64,000 nt of DNA, from NCBI GenBank assembly GCA_035084275.1, contig CM068755.1, positions 11,532,001 to 11,596,000 of the forward strand, given 5' to 3'. Numbering within the stretch: the first letter of the stretch is position 1; each line of letters begins with the position of its first letter. The translations under genes and the position numbers were made by a program. Shown one piece after another: positions 28,338 to 42,726 of the stretch. The notes under the pieces were generated by a model. That model was not told where the DNA came from, did not search any database, and saw only the letters and a program-made list of their open reading frames with translations. This DNA is from Hydrolagus colliei (lineage: Eukaryota).

Positions 28338-30483
28338 GTATAAATAATTTTACCCCCTTTACCTGCCAATTTCCAGGAAGGATATGCTATAAAACTGTCA
28401 GAATTATACTAAGTGAGGCTAATACTAATAAGAAAAGCCTTGTAAGTATAATACCTTATAACATTGAACTGTCTCAAAACCATTCCTACCATAAGGTACT
28501 TTATGGGAATGTAGTGACTATCATATAAGCAACCAATGAAAAATAATCTGAACCAACAACGTCTCACAAACTATACTTGGATGAATGACCAGTTGATCAG
28601 TTGTTCTTTTTAAAAGTTGGATGGGGCGAATATTGTCCGCACACTAAAGCTTCTGCTCTTCTACAAAATAAATACTTAAATATCTAACCTTATTAACTAA
28701 GCTGCACAGGCTGATGCTTGCTCATGGTTGAACTGAACATTTAGTTCAGGACCTCTATGGAGCATCACTATTTTAATACAATAAACAGCAAGGAGAACAT
28801 TTGAAACAGTTTTCAAAAAGCTTTTCCTCCATTCTTATTGAAATAGATATTTTTCCTTAAAGCAGGGAGAGGGGGCATTCAGGTTAACATCAACCCCTCC
28901 CAACCTGACATGCCTTGCCTCATAAATTGTCCAATGACTTAAAACAAGATAACCCAGGTCTCTCCCTCCCACTAAGCTTGAATGCTCTGTCATGTTGAGG
29001 TACACCATGTAGCAGTAATGAAATTCTAAGCTGCATACAACTTTAATTTGTCTTTGTGTAGGTTTTAGCTGAAGAAAGAGCTCGGAAGATGCTTGATATT
29101 TTGCTACGCAGATTGGTTCAAACAATGCTGTTGATGCATGCCAACATCCTTAGTTTGGTTCTGCGGAATCCATAGTCAAATAGCTAAGTCTGTTGGTGGT
29201 AGCTGATGTGCATAATGTGCATCCTCACTCTTGAAAGGCTAAATATCTTTCAAACGCACCAATGTTGCAGGGAATGTATTGCAAAAGAATGCTTTAAAAA
29301 CTATTATAAGAGCGAAAATATAAACAGATAAATTGTATGGAACACTGTCCCTATAAATCCCTTTTCCCCGCTTTGGAAAATACAAACGCATCGTGAGAAA
29401 TGTTTTGTTTCATTGCTAATCATGATTTTTTTTTTAAAAAACTAAATGTGGTAAACATGTTAAACAGTGAATTTACCTACAATTCAGTATTGCTTCATTC
29501 ATTGCCCCAGGTAGAAAGTCAACACAGCCAAAATTGATTAGAAATTTAAAAACAACTAAGGTTTCTGTTCAGGAAGAGCCTACATAATTGGTAGAGTGGA
29601 TGTTGATCATTTTATTGTCTTTAAGATCTTAAAAGGAACAGTCCCACGAGGGAATTTCCTACCAGTGCTGTATCCATTTGCACATGGAGGCTGAACGAAT
29701 GAGGAAAATACATTTTATTTCTCGTTTTGGTTTTTAAATGCAAGTTTTTGTCAGGACACGGTTTCACACAGATCATCTCACATGCTGGCACCTATCATTT
29801 TTCAAGGTTAGCTTCAGTAAACTTCCATGAAATTGCTTGTTACTTTCAAATCATGACAAACATAGTTTAGATAGAATATGTTTTAAGTTAAAATGTTTAA
29901 GCTCCCCTGACACAACATCTGTGTCTTATTCATTGTCTGCTATATGTGCGCTACTCAGAACAGGAAACAACTGTTCCTTATCCTGATTCCCAGTCCATAA
30001 TAAAGACTAACTGATCAAAACATAAATGTTAAATTTTCTTTTTCTGCTTAATTACATTTACAGAAAACTCGTATATTTCAGCCCACTACAATTATTTGGA
30101 TTACTGTGGTGTACAGGATACAAAAATGCCAGTAGTAAAACGTTAAGTGCATCTTTTGGGTGTTTTTATTGTTCAGACACAAGTACTGCACACAGTATCT
30201 TTTTTGCAATTAATTTCCAACCTTTGTAATTTAAGCATGATTTGAGCTGAAAACTAAAACCGAAGAATGGCATTCCTTCATAGACTATTATATCCAAATG
30301 CCAAGCAAATTAGTGGGAAGTACTGTTATTTAACCAACTAAGTTACTGAAAGATAAAATTTCCTCAAAGAAATAGGTATGTTTTTGATGGTATTGCAGAC
30401 GAAATACCACAATGTGTCCCATGCTATAGGGATCTAGTTTTTGATTTTAACATACTGTATTCATTGTGTTAACCGTAACTTAA

Positions 30484-30716
30484 GGGCAAGTTTCCTTACT
30501 CCACATGCCTGATAATAATCCTTCCCAAAAAAAACAATAATAAATGGGTCTTTTCAATCCCCGACGGTTTGTGAGACGCTGCTGTGCGCAAAATGGCTGC
30601 CGGGTTTCGCCCACAAATATACAGTCAATTCACTTTACAGTGCATCTATGAAGCACTTTGAGATGTCTAGAAGAAGTGAAAAGCGCTATATTAAATGCAA
30701 GCATTATTATTATTAT
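30484..30716 (+). mobile_element. 5'-truncated SINE copy
   Basis: gggcaagtttccttactccacatgcctgataataatcc...aaaagcgctatattaaatgcaagcattattattatt. Confidence 0.85.
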
Positions 30717-32194
30717 GGTTTTCAAAGTACGTAAATTGTGAATTGCAATTAACAAAGCAGCAGGACACCACTGGTCAATATTTAATTTTGTTTAAACATA
30801 AACGTTTGCAAACCAAAAATGACAATTAACGCAAAAACAATACACTATGTGAACATTGCATATTATTTCGGGGCAATGATGCTTCAAACCTGAATGAAAA
30901 AGGTTTCATATAAGAAAATCCTGAAAAGAGGCAGGTGAGCAAGATACTGGCAAAAAACTGCCTTTGTTCATGTTTGGGATTCACTATTTGCAGACTGTGA
31001 AATTTGCAAACTGGAAGCAGCAATTACAACAAAAAACCAAGCAATGGAAATTGCAAATTAGTCGGCCATATCGTAACTTAAGATTCCTGATCGCAAAAAA
31101 AAAAACATTTTGCGGAAGAAATGCCTTCCTCTCATGTTTAACCTTTGTCCGGAAACAGAATTTCAACTGCCAAGTAACGTCAATATTGTAGCCCTCATGC
31201 TTAAATTAAACCAATTACATTGGTATTTACATTGCAACTATCAAAAATGTAACGTAAATATGATATAAGATCCTCAATCACAGAGTGTTCCAACATCAAC
31301 ATGGCTAAAATGCAGAAAGATTTACTCTATATTGAAAAATTGTTTAAATTACTGTATTCTTTTAAAACATTTTGCTAGGAAAATTGAGCAATTCCTAGCT
31401 ACATTACTTTTTATTGTATTATATTACAGTTAGAACTTTTATGCATCCAAGAATCACACACAATGACCAGAAGACTTAATGCAATATAGGAAGTATTTCA
31501 GTGAGCGTTTCTTGCAACTTATATTCAGATAACGTGACTTACTCTTGTTGCTACGTTTGTGTTGGCAAAATCATTCAGTAAATTAATTGAAGTACACATT
31601 GCAGTAAAAATAATTTTCAGCAAGGTCTGACTACTGTATGAAAATATGATCATTAATATCTCACACAATGTTACATTAATATCCATCTCTATATTAATTA
31701 TATTTTGTTTATCTTTTAATGCATCCTGGTAAATAAACTGCCTTTTGGTGAATTAGAAGGATTGTTTTTCTAGAACTTTATTAAATTTAAATCATATAGT
31801 TTCAATACCAAGACTCTATGATAATTGTCTTCCATTAAAATATAATGCTAATTCAATGTACTGTTCGTGTAAAAGTCTGCTAAATTCTCAACAGTGTTAA
31901 AATCAGTGGCACTATATTTAGTACATGTGGTTATTAATAGTGAATGTTCATGCGCTAAAATTTTTTAGTTCTGAATAAGTATTATCTGTGGAGAGTGAGA
32001 GAGGAAAAGAAAACCTGGAAGAAACTAAATTATTTACACATGGAAAGAAGTAAAATTCCATTCATACTGATTATCCGGAACATTCTGTGAAAAATGTATA
32101 ATTACACATTTGCTTTCAGATCTGGCATCTGTCAAAAATTGTTCTTGAAAAGCAATGGTGTTTCTTTAAAAAGAAAAAAAAACCTTGCACTGAC

Positions 32195-32314
32195 CTGATC
32201 ATCATAGCGATACGTCAAGACCTTCTCTCCTGTTGTGTCTTCCAGAAAACTCCCTTGCGGAGAAAGTGCAAATTCGGGAAGGAAGTAGGCAGTCTGTGAC
32301 TGTTCTCCATGCCC
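32195..32314 (-). CDS. ADAMTSL3: ADAMTSL3 second coding exon, 120 nt, phase 0-0: GHGEQSQTAYFLPEFALSPQGSFLEDTTGEKVLTYRYDDQ
   Basis: Acceptor tattgtttctctccag|GGG and donor CAG|GTCAGT. The translation matches the recalled human ADAMTSL3 N-terminal segment AYFLPEFALSPQGSFLEDTTGEQFLTYRYDDQ almost residue for residue. An ADAMTSL1-like paralog cannot be fully excluded without a search. Confidence 0.9.
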
Positions 32315-34993
32315 CTGGAGAGAAACAATAAAAAAGCAGGTAACTTCTTACTGTTTCTCCTCCTCCATTGTGAAAAACAAATATCAGCAGACAATTGTAC
32401 TGGTCTTTCTCTAATAACTTGTCATTTTCACAAGCTCCAAACCTAAATTTGCTGAATACTATCTTGTGATTCAATCTTTTCCTGGGTAGTGTGAACATTC
32501 CATCAGAAATATATTAAGTTAATGTAAACCAGCAAACATGGACACAATTTCTTCAAAAATTGAACATGAGCTTACCACACAGCATAATTTGTTTCATCTG
32601 CTGTCTTAGCTTTACAACATGGTTATCACTATGATTACTACAATAATTCTTTAGATGTAAAAGGTGCAGTTTAAGTATTATATTCTAGAATTATAGTGGG
32701 GTATTGGTGAGTACAGAAATGAGCTACCACATTCATCTAAAAAAAGTCTTTAAACTTTACAATTAATAATAATGCTTGTATTTGATATAGTGTCTTATTA
32801 TACCATAGCGATGTCTCAAAGCACTGAACAGGATTAACATCATGGATCTAATTAGAATGTAAAGAAAAGCTTGACATAACCCTGACTATAAATCCAAAAC
32901 TTTCTGATGAAGGTGTGGAGCTATACTATTGTTACTTAAAAATCTATCAAATGTAACATCTGTAAATACATACATGTCTTTTTTTTTAATTAAACTTTGC
33001 ATCCTAAGCACACATTTGAGTTGGGGATTGTGTCCATACAGTACATTTTTCAGACATTAAAAGAATTTCAACCTGAGGTAGCTTTGCAAACTATTACCCA
33101 ACTAATTTGCTTTCAGGCTCCAGTTAATTTATATAAATAAACTTGAATAATTTTCCAGAAGCACTATTTGGTATGTGGTATCTTTCCTAACATTAAAAGT
33201 GATATATTAGCAGAGCTGTAAGAAAGTTTCAGTGCCTTTTAAAAAAAACATTATCGACAATAATTCAATGTTAATATTGGATGTGAATGTTATTATCCCA
33301 ACCTCCCCGCCCCTCAATTCCTGTCCCTCTGGTACTAATCTTGGTTCTGTCAGCCAATTCTCACTTCCTCTACTACGAAACTCGCATCAAACTTGAACAT
33401 CAAAATCCACAAAAAACAGATGTTACCAACTAATTACTGGCTTGGAAAGATATACAACATTACAACTAAACAAATGATTATGTTGCGGTTTGGATAGTTG
33501 AAAATAAATGGCTATTATGATTCAATCGCTCAAGTGTAGGATAGCTGTTTATTCATTTTCATGCTATTACCAATGTAAGAGATTGTCCATGCTCACTTTT
33601 CAATATATCACTGTTCATTTTGGAGACACACAATTTCAACAGGTTGTACAACAGCAGCATTCACCACATAGTACAGTGCTTATCCGCCTGCACAAGGAAA
33701 ACAAATTTTATCTGGAAATATTATCACTGGCAAGCCCCCTACACATTAATAGCCAAGACGACCACAATAACATAGATACAAATAACCTCCATTCAAATAC
33801 TACTTAAGAGTCCCGAGCTCTATCCTCCCCCAATTCTAATGGGAGAGAATTCCACCCCTAGCCTACAATAAAAAACAATGGTATTTTAATGCCCTGAAGT
33901 GCACTAAATCTCACTTTATTCCAACATGATATTATATAACTTTTGTGATTAAGGCAAACATTGTTTAAGTCGGATTTAGAAAGTTTATTTTATTTATGTC
34001 CATTTATTTATTTATTTAGCCCACAAAACAGTCACTTCACTTTACAGTATTTCCTATGACACAATTTGAGATGCCTCGAAGACGCTGTATCAAGTGCAAG
34101 GATGATAGATATACAGGTAGTCTTAGAACCAGAATCAGATGCCCACAGGTGTAGCCAGGGGACTCTGATTTCTACCCTGAAACTACAATGATGTTATCAA
34201 AGGCCACATCATACAGGGTTGAAAGACTTTGAGGCTAACATTGATCTGTTCCCTACAAATTATAGTTCCCGAGACACCAAGAGTGAGAGAGGACATCGAA
34301 GAGCATACAAATTGATCTGGCCCATAGGAAGTTATTATAGAGATCCACAGGGACTCAGAGGCAGAACAGACTTTTCCCTATCCCATTCCAACCTTTTTAT
34401 TCACAGCATCAAGGAATGTCTGAGAGGATACAAGTCTTGTGTGAGGTTACTGCTCCGTCTCTCTTCTGAGTTGCAATATTCTTTTAACATTGCTTCCGCA
34501 AAATGTTATATATCCTGCTAAGAACCAGTGGGACTCGTGCCTTCTTTTTTGGCTGGTTCCAGTTTTGCTTTAGAAACCATCTCGAGTTTACCAGATTGTA
34601 AAGTAATTTCCAGGCCTTTTCCTCTGCCTGAGAGTTCAATGTCAAAGAAATCAATTTTCTTGTTAATGAAGACCTCCTAGCTGGTAACTGTTTAAAGCGC
34701 TTCACTAATGCACTTGTTCCCTGAAATAGACTGGGTTAAAACGCTCAAAACAAAGCAAGCTCCTTTAATGTACTTGCTTTCTTGTAGGGCTAATCCTTAG
34801 CCTTCGGGACTAGAAAACAACTGCCCAGAGTTATTTTCTGAACTGGGAAGACAGAAAATAGCCTCTTGTTGTTGCTATGGGGGTTATATGGGGGTCATGG
34901 TCCCTTGTGATCTGGGAGAAGGGAAAAATAGGACAGAGGAATGTAATCAAATCATGCGAATGGGAGAGGGGGAACACAGGAAAATGTTTAAGT

Positions 34994-35590
34994 ATAATAA
35001 TCCTTGTATGTGATATGGCTCCTTTTCACATCAGGAGGTTGTCTCAAAACCCTACACAAGATTTACTATAAAGCAATGGCCGTGCATTTCATCAGGAATG
35101 TCCCACAAACAGCCAATCAAGTGAATGACCAATTTTTATCTGGGTGATTGTTGACCAGAACACAAGGAGAATCTCTTTTCGAGCAGTGCTGTGGGATCTT
35201 TAACATTCACTGAAACAGGTGAACGGGAACTCTGTTTCAAATGATACAACATAAGTAGTTAGAGCACTCACCTTGCATTGCAAGACCTGGGTTCGATTCC
35301 AGGCTTGGCAAAGCCTCGGGCAAGTTTCCTTACTCCACATGCCTAATAATAATCCTTACCCTCAAAAAATAATAATTAAATCAATGATTGTTTGTGGGAT
35401 ACTGCTGTGCACAATTGGCTGCCGCCTTTCGCCCACAAATACAGTCAATTCACTTTACAGTATATACAGTACTGTGAAGCACTTTGAGATGTCTAGAAGA
35501 TGTAAAAAGCACTATACGAAATGCAAGGATTATTCTGATTATTATAAACCCCGCACTGCATTGGAGTGTAATACTAGTAATATGCTTTCC
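34994..35590 (-). mobile_element. Older Deu-domain SINE split by a younger SINE insertion (35255-35545)
   Basis: Tail at 34994 and Deu core ttgaccagaacacaaggagaatctcttttcgagcagtgctgtgggatctttaacattcac. The element resumes after the insert as gcactgcattggagtgtaatactagtaatatgct. Confidence 0.65.
35255..35545 (+). mobile_element. Near-full-length tRNA-derived SINE inserted into an older Deu-SINE
   Basis: gtagttagagcactcaccttgc...gggttcgattccaggc...gggcaagtttccttactccacatgcc...aaatgcaaggattatt. Confidence 0.85.
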
Positions 35591-38500
35591 CTAGATGAAA
35601 AGAAAACATCTAAATAGGTCTAATGTTAACTGTTTTTAAAAAACAAAGTTGATCCTTACTTCATAACCTGTGTATGTTCCCACTCAGGTCATTCAATGAA
35701 TCCACAATCTACTTTTCCATTGAAATATAAATGCAGTCTTAAAGTTTATTCATTCTTCTAAATGAATACCAGTTTGAAAATATTGGTTTAAGTCTTGGCA
35801 GAGAAGCTGGAAAAAGTACATCCTAATTAAGCACTTCATAATTCTGTACTGATTCCATTCCCTCCACGGTACCAATAACTAAGCAGTTAAATGTATGACT
35901 GACAAGTGAATTACACAATCCTTATGTGCTGAAAATCTGAGTGTGACCTCTGTCCATGTTATACCAAAAAAAAACATTTTGAAGAATGTTTCAAGGCCAA
36001 CAAATGCAACACCCCTCATGCAGTTTTTTCTTCCTGATTTTCGTTGCAGTAAAAGCCTCAGATAATTTACTTCTAGGTGGTAACACTGCTACTAGGAATT
36101 TTGGACAGGATACTCAAAGGGTATAGGAGTCCTGTGTGAAGCAGACCCTTCACCATTTTGCCCATTAGGGCTTTGGTTTGCAGACTTAAGCGGAGTAATA
36201 TTAGCTAAGGCAATTGACTTCAATATTGCCAAGCTATAGAATGAGATTTCTCCGATTGGTTCTTGAGAACTAATTTTAGTTCTATTCTCCCCACCTCCAA
36301 AAAGGCTTCGAAGACTACAGTTGAACTCTTTTTGGTCAGCCAGATGTCTTACACATGCGGAAACCCATCACCATGAATCAGCTTGCTTGAGAGACCCCAA
36401 AACCAAACTGTTGAGAGTTCCACATAATTATGGTTTCCATTCATCTTGTGTAGAGTGCTCACTGCCTCCCCGGCAGGATGCAGTCTGCTTACCTAATCCC
36501 AGAGAGTTTAAGCGCAGGTTGGCAAGCGCTAAGGCCTGGGGAACCCAGAGTTTGTACTGGGGGAATTGATAAGATTTTAGCCAGCCGAAGCCAAGTAGCT
36601 TACGATTGCAAACACTGGCAAGCTTCCAGTTAGCACCATCTTACCCATTAGGCCATTGGATGCAGATTTAACAGGGGCCAAGTGGGAAGAATCCCAGTAG
36701 CAAGTCTAAGCCTCCATGTTCTGCTAACCATCCTAGTTTACTGGTCATTCATCAGTAGTATCTTGTAATACTGTGGACCTGCTGGCTCTGGAAATGGACC
36801 ATCAAGACTGCCACAGTTTCCAATAATCCATTGCGAACTGTATCACTTCCCAACCAAATCTGCCTCATAGACACCCCCACTTCTTCCCTCCTCACAGAAA
36901 ATAGTCACTTGAGCTCAGCAGTCCGTGGTTCGTACTGCAATGCTTTTTTTTTTGCTTCACTGATTGGTGAAGAACTTCTCCAAACAAACAGCCAGAACTT
37001 AAAAGTTATAAATCGCACCTTTCAAAGAGCCGCACATTCAATTTGAGGACTGTGGAATGCGACCTGCAGAGAACACACGGTACGTGCTTCGCCTCCAATC
37101 ACGGACGCATTGATTCCCACACAGAGCGGCACCATTTACCAAAAAATGTTCAAACAACAATCACAAATGCACCCTTGCAGGAATTCAGAATGAGTTATAG
37201 GGCCATATAGCAATAACTTATTGAGCCAACTGTAATACATTGATCCATCGTGGATCAAGACTGCATCCACCTATTGACCTTGTGAGAATAAGGTCAGAAT
37301 GAGTCTGCTAAGATGTGCTATTTCTGATTAATTAACTTGGTGCAGAGACGCAGGCTATGCTCTTTCACTACAAATACTGGTCTTGATTTACTTTGTGAAT
37401 GGGGGCTCAAGGTTTTTTTTTAATACCGTAGTGCAAATGACGAAAAGGCAAAATTCCTATTTAAAAAAATGTATATTACATTTACCTACATTAATAAATG
37501 GTGATACAAATCCATTTCTACCATAAGGGATGAGGAATAGGTACAACACCAGCTACCTATTGCTAATCGTTACCAGTTTTGTGAAAGTGACAGATAAACC
37601 TGAAAACTGAAATATATGAAGGTAAGATAATGACCACATTGTCCTTAATGCCATGCAGCAGGCCATTGAAGACTCACATAAAGGATTTTTCAATGTTGCG
37701 CATACCAGTGTACGTTTGTTTAACTACCCTCTGTGGAGCAAACAGCTTTCCTGTGAGAATTAGTAGGGAAGACTTGGCAGTTTTGTTCTGATTTTTTTCC
37801 CTAAAAAAATTTGGCAGCAAAATCACATCTCAGTGGCCAAGATCTTTCAAGCCTTTTAAACAACTGGACAAAAAAAATTGAAATATTGCAAACATTTTGC
37901 AATAGTTCGAATGCTATCCAAATTTCCAGTGTTTTTTTTATAAACCACTAAGTGCTGCTTCTTCTTGAATAGGCAAACAACGAATGTTGCACCTGTAGCT
38001 ACAACAATTCGACATTTCAGATCCAAGGTCTGGAGTAGAAATCTGTGATAAAATACACAGATGACAACTCCCTTGATATTTACCATACTCATCTGAATAA
38101 TAAATCCTCAAGCATTCCTCAGCTGTAATGACCGCAACAACCTTTCAAAAAGCACAAGGCACTTCCTCCTACTCTAGCTATAGCACACGCAGTTAGGGTT
38201 TATTCATCGACTGCCAGGTTTTCAAACTTGAGTCAAGCATGTTTGATCATTAACTGACTGCCATCACTCTATGGCTTCATGAAGCTCATTAATGCTCTGT
38301 AGTTTGAGGGCATAATTCCCTGAAATACAAAACAATGTCAAGCCCTCAGTTTTATTTACACAGCATTACACCAGTACATATTTATACAGCATTAAATCAC
38401 AATTGCTAATGCCATAATTCATGATACAATTTTATTTTAATTCCAAGTTGAATCTTCACTCTAACAGGATTACTTAATAGTGTCCTTTCAAATCTTATAA

Positions 38501-40098
38501 AATAAATTGCATACTAAGTGATGCTTTGGCTGTGAAAGCTTTGTCTGACATCAATGCTTATGTGAATCACTTGTCATACAAACCAAACGTAAAGGTATTA
38601 CTTTGCACCCATTTCTGCATGTTTTTTTGGGGAGAATTATTGATTACAATTGTGAATGGAACAAGTAAAAGCAACAATTAACAGTTTGTTGTCAGAAATG
38701 CAAAATAGCCCTTTTGGTGTTTTCACATATCTGAAACATTCAACATTAGTAAATACAATCATTAACAAAAGACACATTTCTCCTTTGCATGACATTTGTA
38801 GTGTTTCCTTTGATAATATAGATTTTTTTGATTAAAGAGAATTTAATCATATGTGGATCTGCGGCATTTGATTATTCTTTTATCATGTAAAACGTTACAA
38901 TAAAAGGTATCTGAGCTTCAACTAAGATTCATCTCAAATGTTGGACTAAATGGTCGCACAAAAATGTTTAGAAAGGTGCAGTATTTCATACAGACATGTA
39001 TATAAAACAGGAGAAGCAGCATAGATCACAATCAAAGATCTTACCTTTGTTTGAATTAGACACATTTTGTAAAAATTGTATATTGCCAAATTTTGGCTGT
39101 TAAAAAACACTTTAAAAACGCAGCTTCTTTTTGTGAAAAACATATAATACCTCAGGACATCCACTAAGATTATGTCAGCATCACAGTGTTGATATAATCC
39201 GAAGAGAATACAATAGCTGGCATGGAGACAAGATGTAACTAAAAGTTGAAGTATTAAACAAAAAGGGCATTCAGCAACTTCATGAGCATACTTGCAAAAT
39301 GTGCCATAGATCATGGACTCAACCCAACTTTATCTCCTTGGGGAATGTTCTGCATAGACACTGCTGTATTCTCCAAAAGACAATCAAGTACAAATTCCAG
39401 GGTATTCATCAACTTCTATATCTCCAACACTCGAGATCAGACCTCCTAGACTCCAGACATTCTTCATGCTTCAAGATGCAGCAAAACAAAACGCCGTGAT
39501 AATCTTATCTTGGATTTAGAAACATAGAAACTGGAGTATGCCATTTGGCCCATCAAACCTGCTACAACATTTTCTTAGATCATAGCTGACCTGTAACTCA
39601 ATACCATTTGGCTTTGGCCTGGCTATTCCTGTAGTCTCTAATAATGATAACCATAAAAAATACCTGTCCGATATCATTTTGAAGGAATTACGCTGTGCAG
39701 AATGTGCATTTGTTCAGTCATATATCCATTGTTATGTAAAGAGAAAAATATTCGAATTACTTGCTGAGGTTCATGCTTATTTTTACACCTCTGTACTCCA
39801 AATTCATGATCTTGTTGTTGAAGTGAAATTGCTTGCTTACGTTTATATCGTCTATGCCTTTCATAATAAAACGTCCCACAGTTAGCCAATTCATAAAAGG
39901 ATGAGAAAAACTATGTTGCCTTACTTGGAGAATCTGATAGAAAAAGTTCACATGAGAAGTTGCAAGCTAATGAAATTTATAAAGTGCATTAAAATGAATT
40001 ACCCCAAATTCTGCGAGAGACCTGTAAATTGGAAAAATGGCATTCAGCAACAGTTAAGTAAAGCCTCACGCTTTCACAAAATGCATAAAAACTATAAA

Positions 40099-40403
40099 AA
40101 TAATAATCCTTGCATTTGATATGGCGCTTTTCACGTCTTCTAGACATCTCAAAGCGCTTCACAGAATATATTGTAAAGTGAATTGACTGAACATTTGTGG
40201 GCAAAACGCAGTAGCCAATTGTACACAGCAGTGTCCCATAAACAGTCGTGTATTGAATTGACCAATTTATTATTGTTGTTTCTCTAGGGATTATTAGGCA
40301 TGTGGAGTAAGGAAATTTGCCCAAGCGTTTTGCCCTGCCTGGAATTGAACCCAAGTCTCTTGCTTGTAAGGCAAGTGCTCTAACCACTGAGCTGCAGGAC
40401 TCC
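40099..40403 (-). mobile_element. Full-length copy of the same tRNA-derived SINE
   Basis: Reverse complement of the 45724-46037 element end to end (taataatccttgcatttgat ... ctctaaccactgagctgcaggactcc). Confidence 0.88.
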
Positions 40404-40916
40404 ACAATAGTACTTTTGTACGACTGAATCAAGCCAGGACTCATTTGAAAACCTATTTAAAAGACATCGGATAGGATGCTTTGTTCCACACATTTCTGAA
40501 AAAAAGGTTTTGCAAGTGCTACAGAAGAAAACTTCTGAGGAGTTCACAGCGCCTCACAGGCCACAACGTGGCATTACATTGTTCTTCCTTCCATAAGAGC
40601 ATTAAAACAGAAGTGTACCGTGCCAACCCACAGGAGTCTGCTTCAACACGACCTACTTTCAGAGCAGAGTTCCAGCAGGTCAGTGGGACTTAATTTTGTT
40701 ACCAGAAGGATAAAATATATTGCAGAAATTCTATTGAGGAATCTTATTAAGAAATCAACAACAACAATAACTTAGCATCCTTCACGCCGGATAGCGCTGA
40801 AATATCAATCAATATTAGACCTCGTTGTTCACATTCTCGGGTCCTCATCGTATTGCTGCATTGGAGCGATCACTCTGATTCTGACTGAATAACCAGAGAA
40901 GCAATAAACCCATCCT

Positions 40917-41030
40917 ATGGGTTTCACCCACAAAAATATGCAGTCAATTCACTTTATAGTATATTCTGTGAGGCACTTTGAGACATCTCAAAGACATGAT
41001 CAGGCTCTATATCAAATGCATGGATTATTA
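40917..41030 (+). mobile_element. SINE 3' fragment
   Basis: tttcacccacaaaaatatgcagtcaattcacttt...atcaaatgcatggattatt. Similar tail-only copies at about 34018-34105, 45528-45640 and 54512-54617 (+), and about 52-125, 16708-16810, 17076-17180, 32760-32830, 44266-44350 and 56519-56595 (-). Confidence 0.75.
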
Positions 41031-42726
41031 TCCCAGCAAAACTTTATAATGGCTATTGTTTCACAATCAATATATTTTAAAGTGTAACATTTAACAGTTA
41101 AGATGCAGTCCTTTATTTTCATTTCTAATCCTTTAAACCTAACTGCAAAGCAAAAGTTCATGATTTTAATTATGTTCTCTTAGTTATTGAGCAATTGATC
41201 CCTTACGTGTTGATTATCAAAATCTGTCCCTGGGCAAAAAAAATCCCATGGAAACCTACATTTATTACAGCAACAAGTTTCTCTTTTTCTTCACCTTAAA
41301 ACTTAAAACGTGGCCTGTAGTTTTTGGCAAAACACCAGATGTTCCCATTACACTTACGACGACAGCATTCTAGGTAAAAAAAATACTCTCTATCTCAAAA
41401 CAAGTTTCCACATGGATAATTTTTAAAGTAATTATCATACTGACATGAAAACCTTTTTCAAGTTACTGAATGTTCTGTTCATGGTTGCATTATGAATTTC
41501 TGATACTATAAAATATCATATTCAAGGCTGGAAAGTTTTGTTGAAATAAAGGGTGGTAAGTAAATGTACCGTTTTGTTAGGGATGGAAGCATCTAATGCT
41601 GCCTTATATACAGTATGCACAATGTTTTATGTTGAAAGATTCGAGTTCTTCACAGTGTTAGCCTGCAGCACAAAAGTTCAGACCTCAAGTTCCTTTGGAT
41701 GATTTTTTTTAAAGCTAGCAGCTGTTCAAACATACCAGCACGCTTCCTCTTTCCCCATTTAAATAATACCACAGCATAAATGTACACAGACCCCAAACTA
41801 TTTAAGGAGCTACAGTATCTTGTCACTGTATTTAGAAGCTTCACAACACTTCCCCCACCTCGTATTTGTAAAGATGTCTTGCAGTGTATTCCAAGGACTT
41901 TTTTTAAATTATATAGATCACAAAAATATTTCCCAATTCTACAAAAACTGAAAGATGAATTGAAGATATCTTGCCACAATATACTGTACAAGGCAAACAC
42001 GGGGACAATTTTTCTTTCGTATCAAATTCTTCACTGTGGTTTGGCAATAAATACTATTTAAGTGTGTTTGGCAACAGGGCTTTGTTTTGCAGATTTGAAA
42101 ATCAGTAACAGGTTCTGCTCATCAATTTCACACTTCTGCCCTTGGACAGAAATGTTGCGACAAAAAGTCCAGACATATCACATAATAGAACCTCAAGAGT
42201 TTGACGAGGCCTCAGCTTGCACAGAAACTATATTCAAACAGGCGATGGCAAATACAGGTCATTGCTAAGGGAACCAAAAGAATTGCCAGCTATGAAAATT
42301 GACTTCAACTGCCATTTGTTTTCACAATGTTGTCCAAAAATGACAAACAGCTACAGTGTAAACGCTTCCACTGAAAAGACCATGAATTTGAAGTGACCAT
42401 TTTTCAATATTACCAAACAGGTTTCAAATTTCACAATTCTTATTAATAAAACAACTTGCTTTCTTCAAGTCCTCATGCAGTTGACAGGTTATATTTTCAC
42501 ATGTCCTGTATCACACTAAATATTTGTAACCAGAAACTCTTACCAAATACCAAAGATTCACATGAAAAATGGCCTTCGGATTATTTGAGTTAATTTTTCA
42601 GAATACCCACCCTATAATCTTTTTCAGCATTTTTTCGCTCAACTGAGTGTCTGTTACATATGGAAATCTACCATATGCTTAAGTATTTCCCAACCATGGA
42701 ATGTCATTTTATGAGTCTTCCCATGA

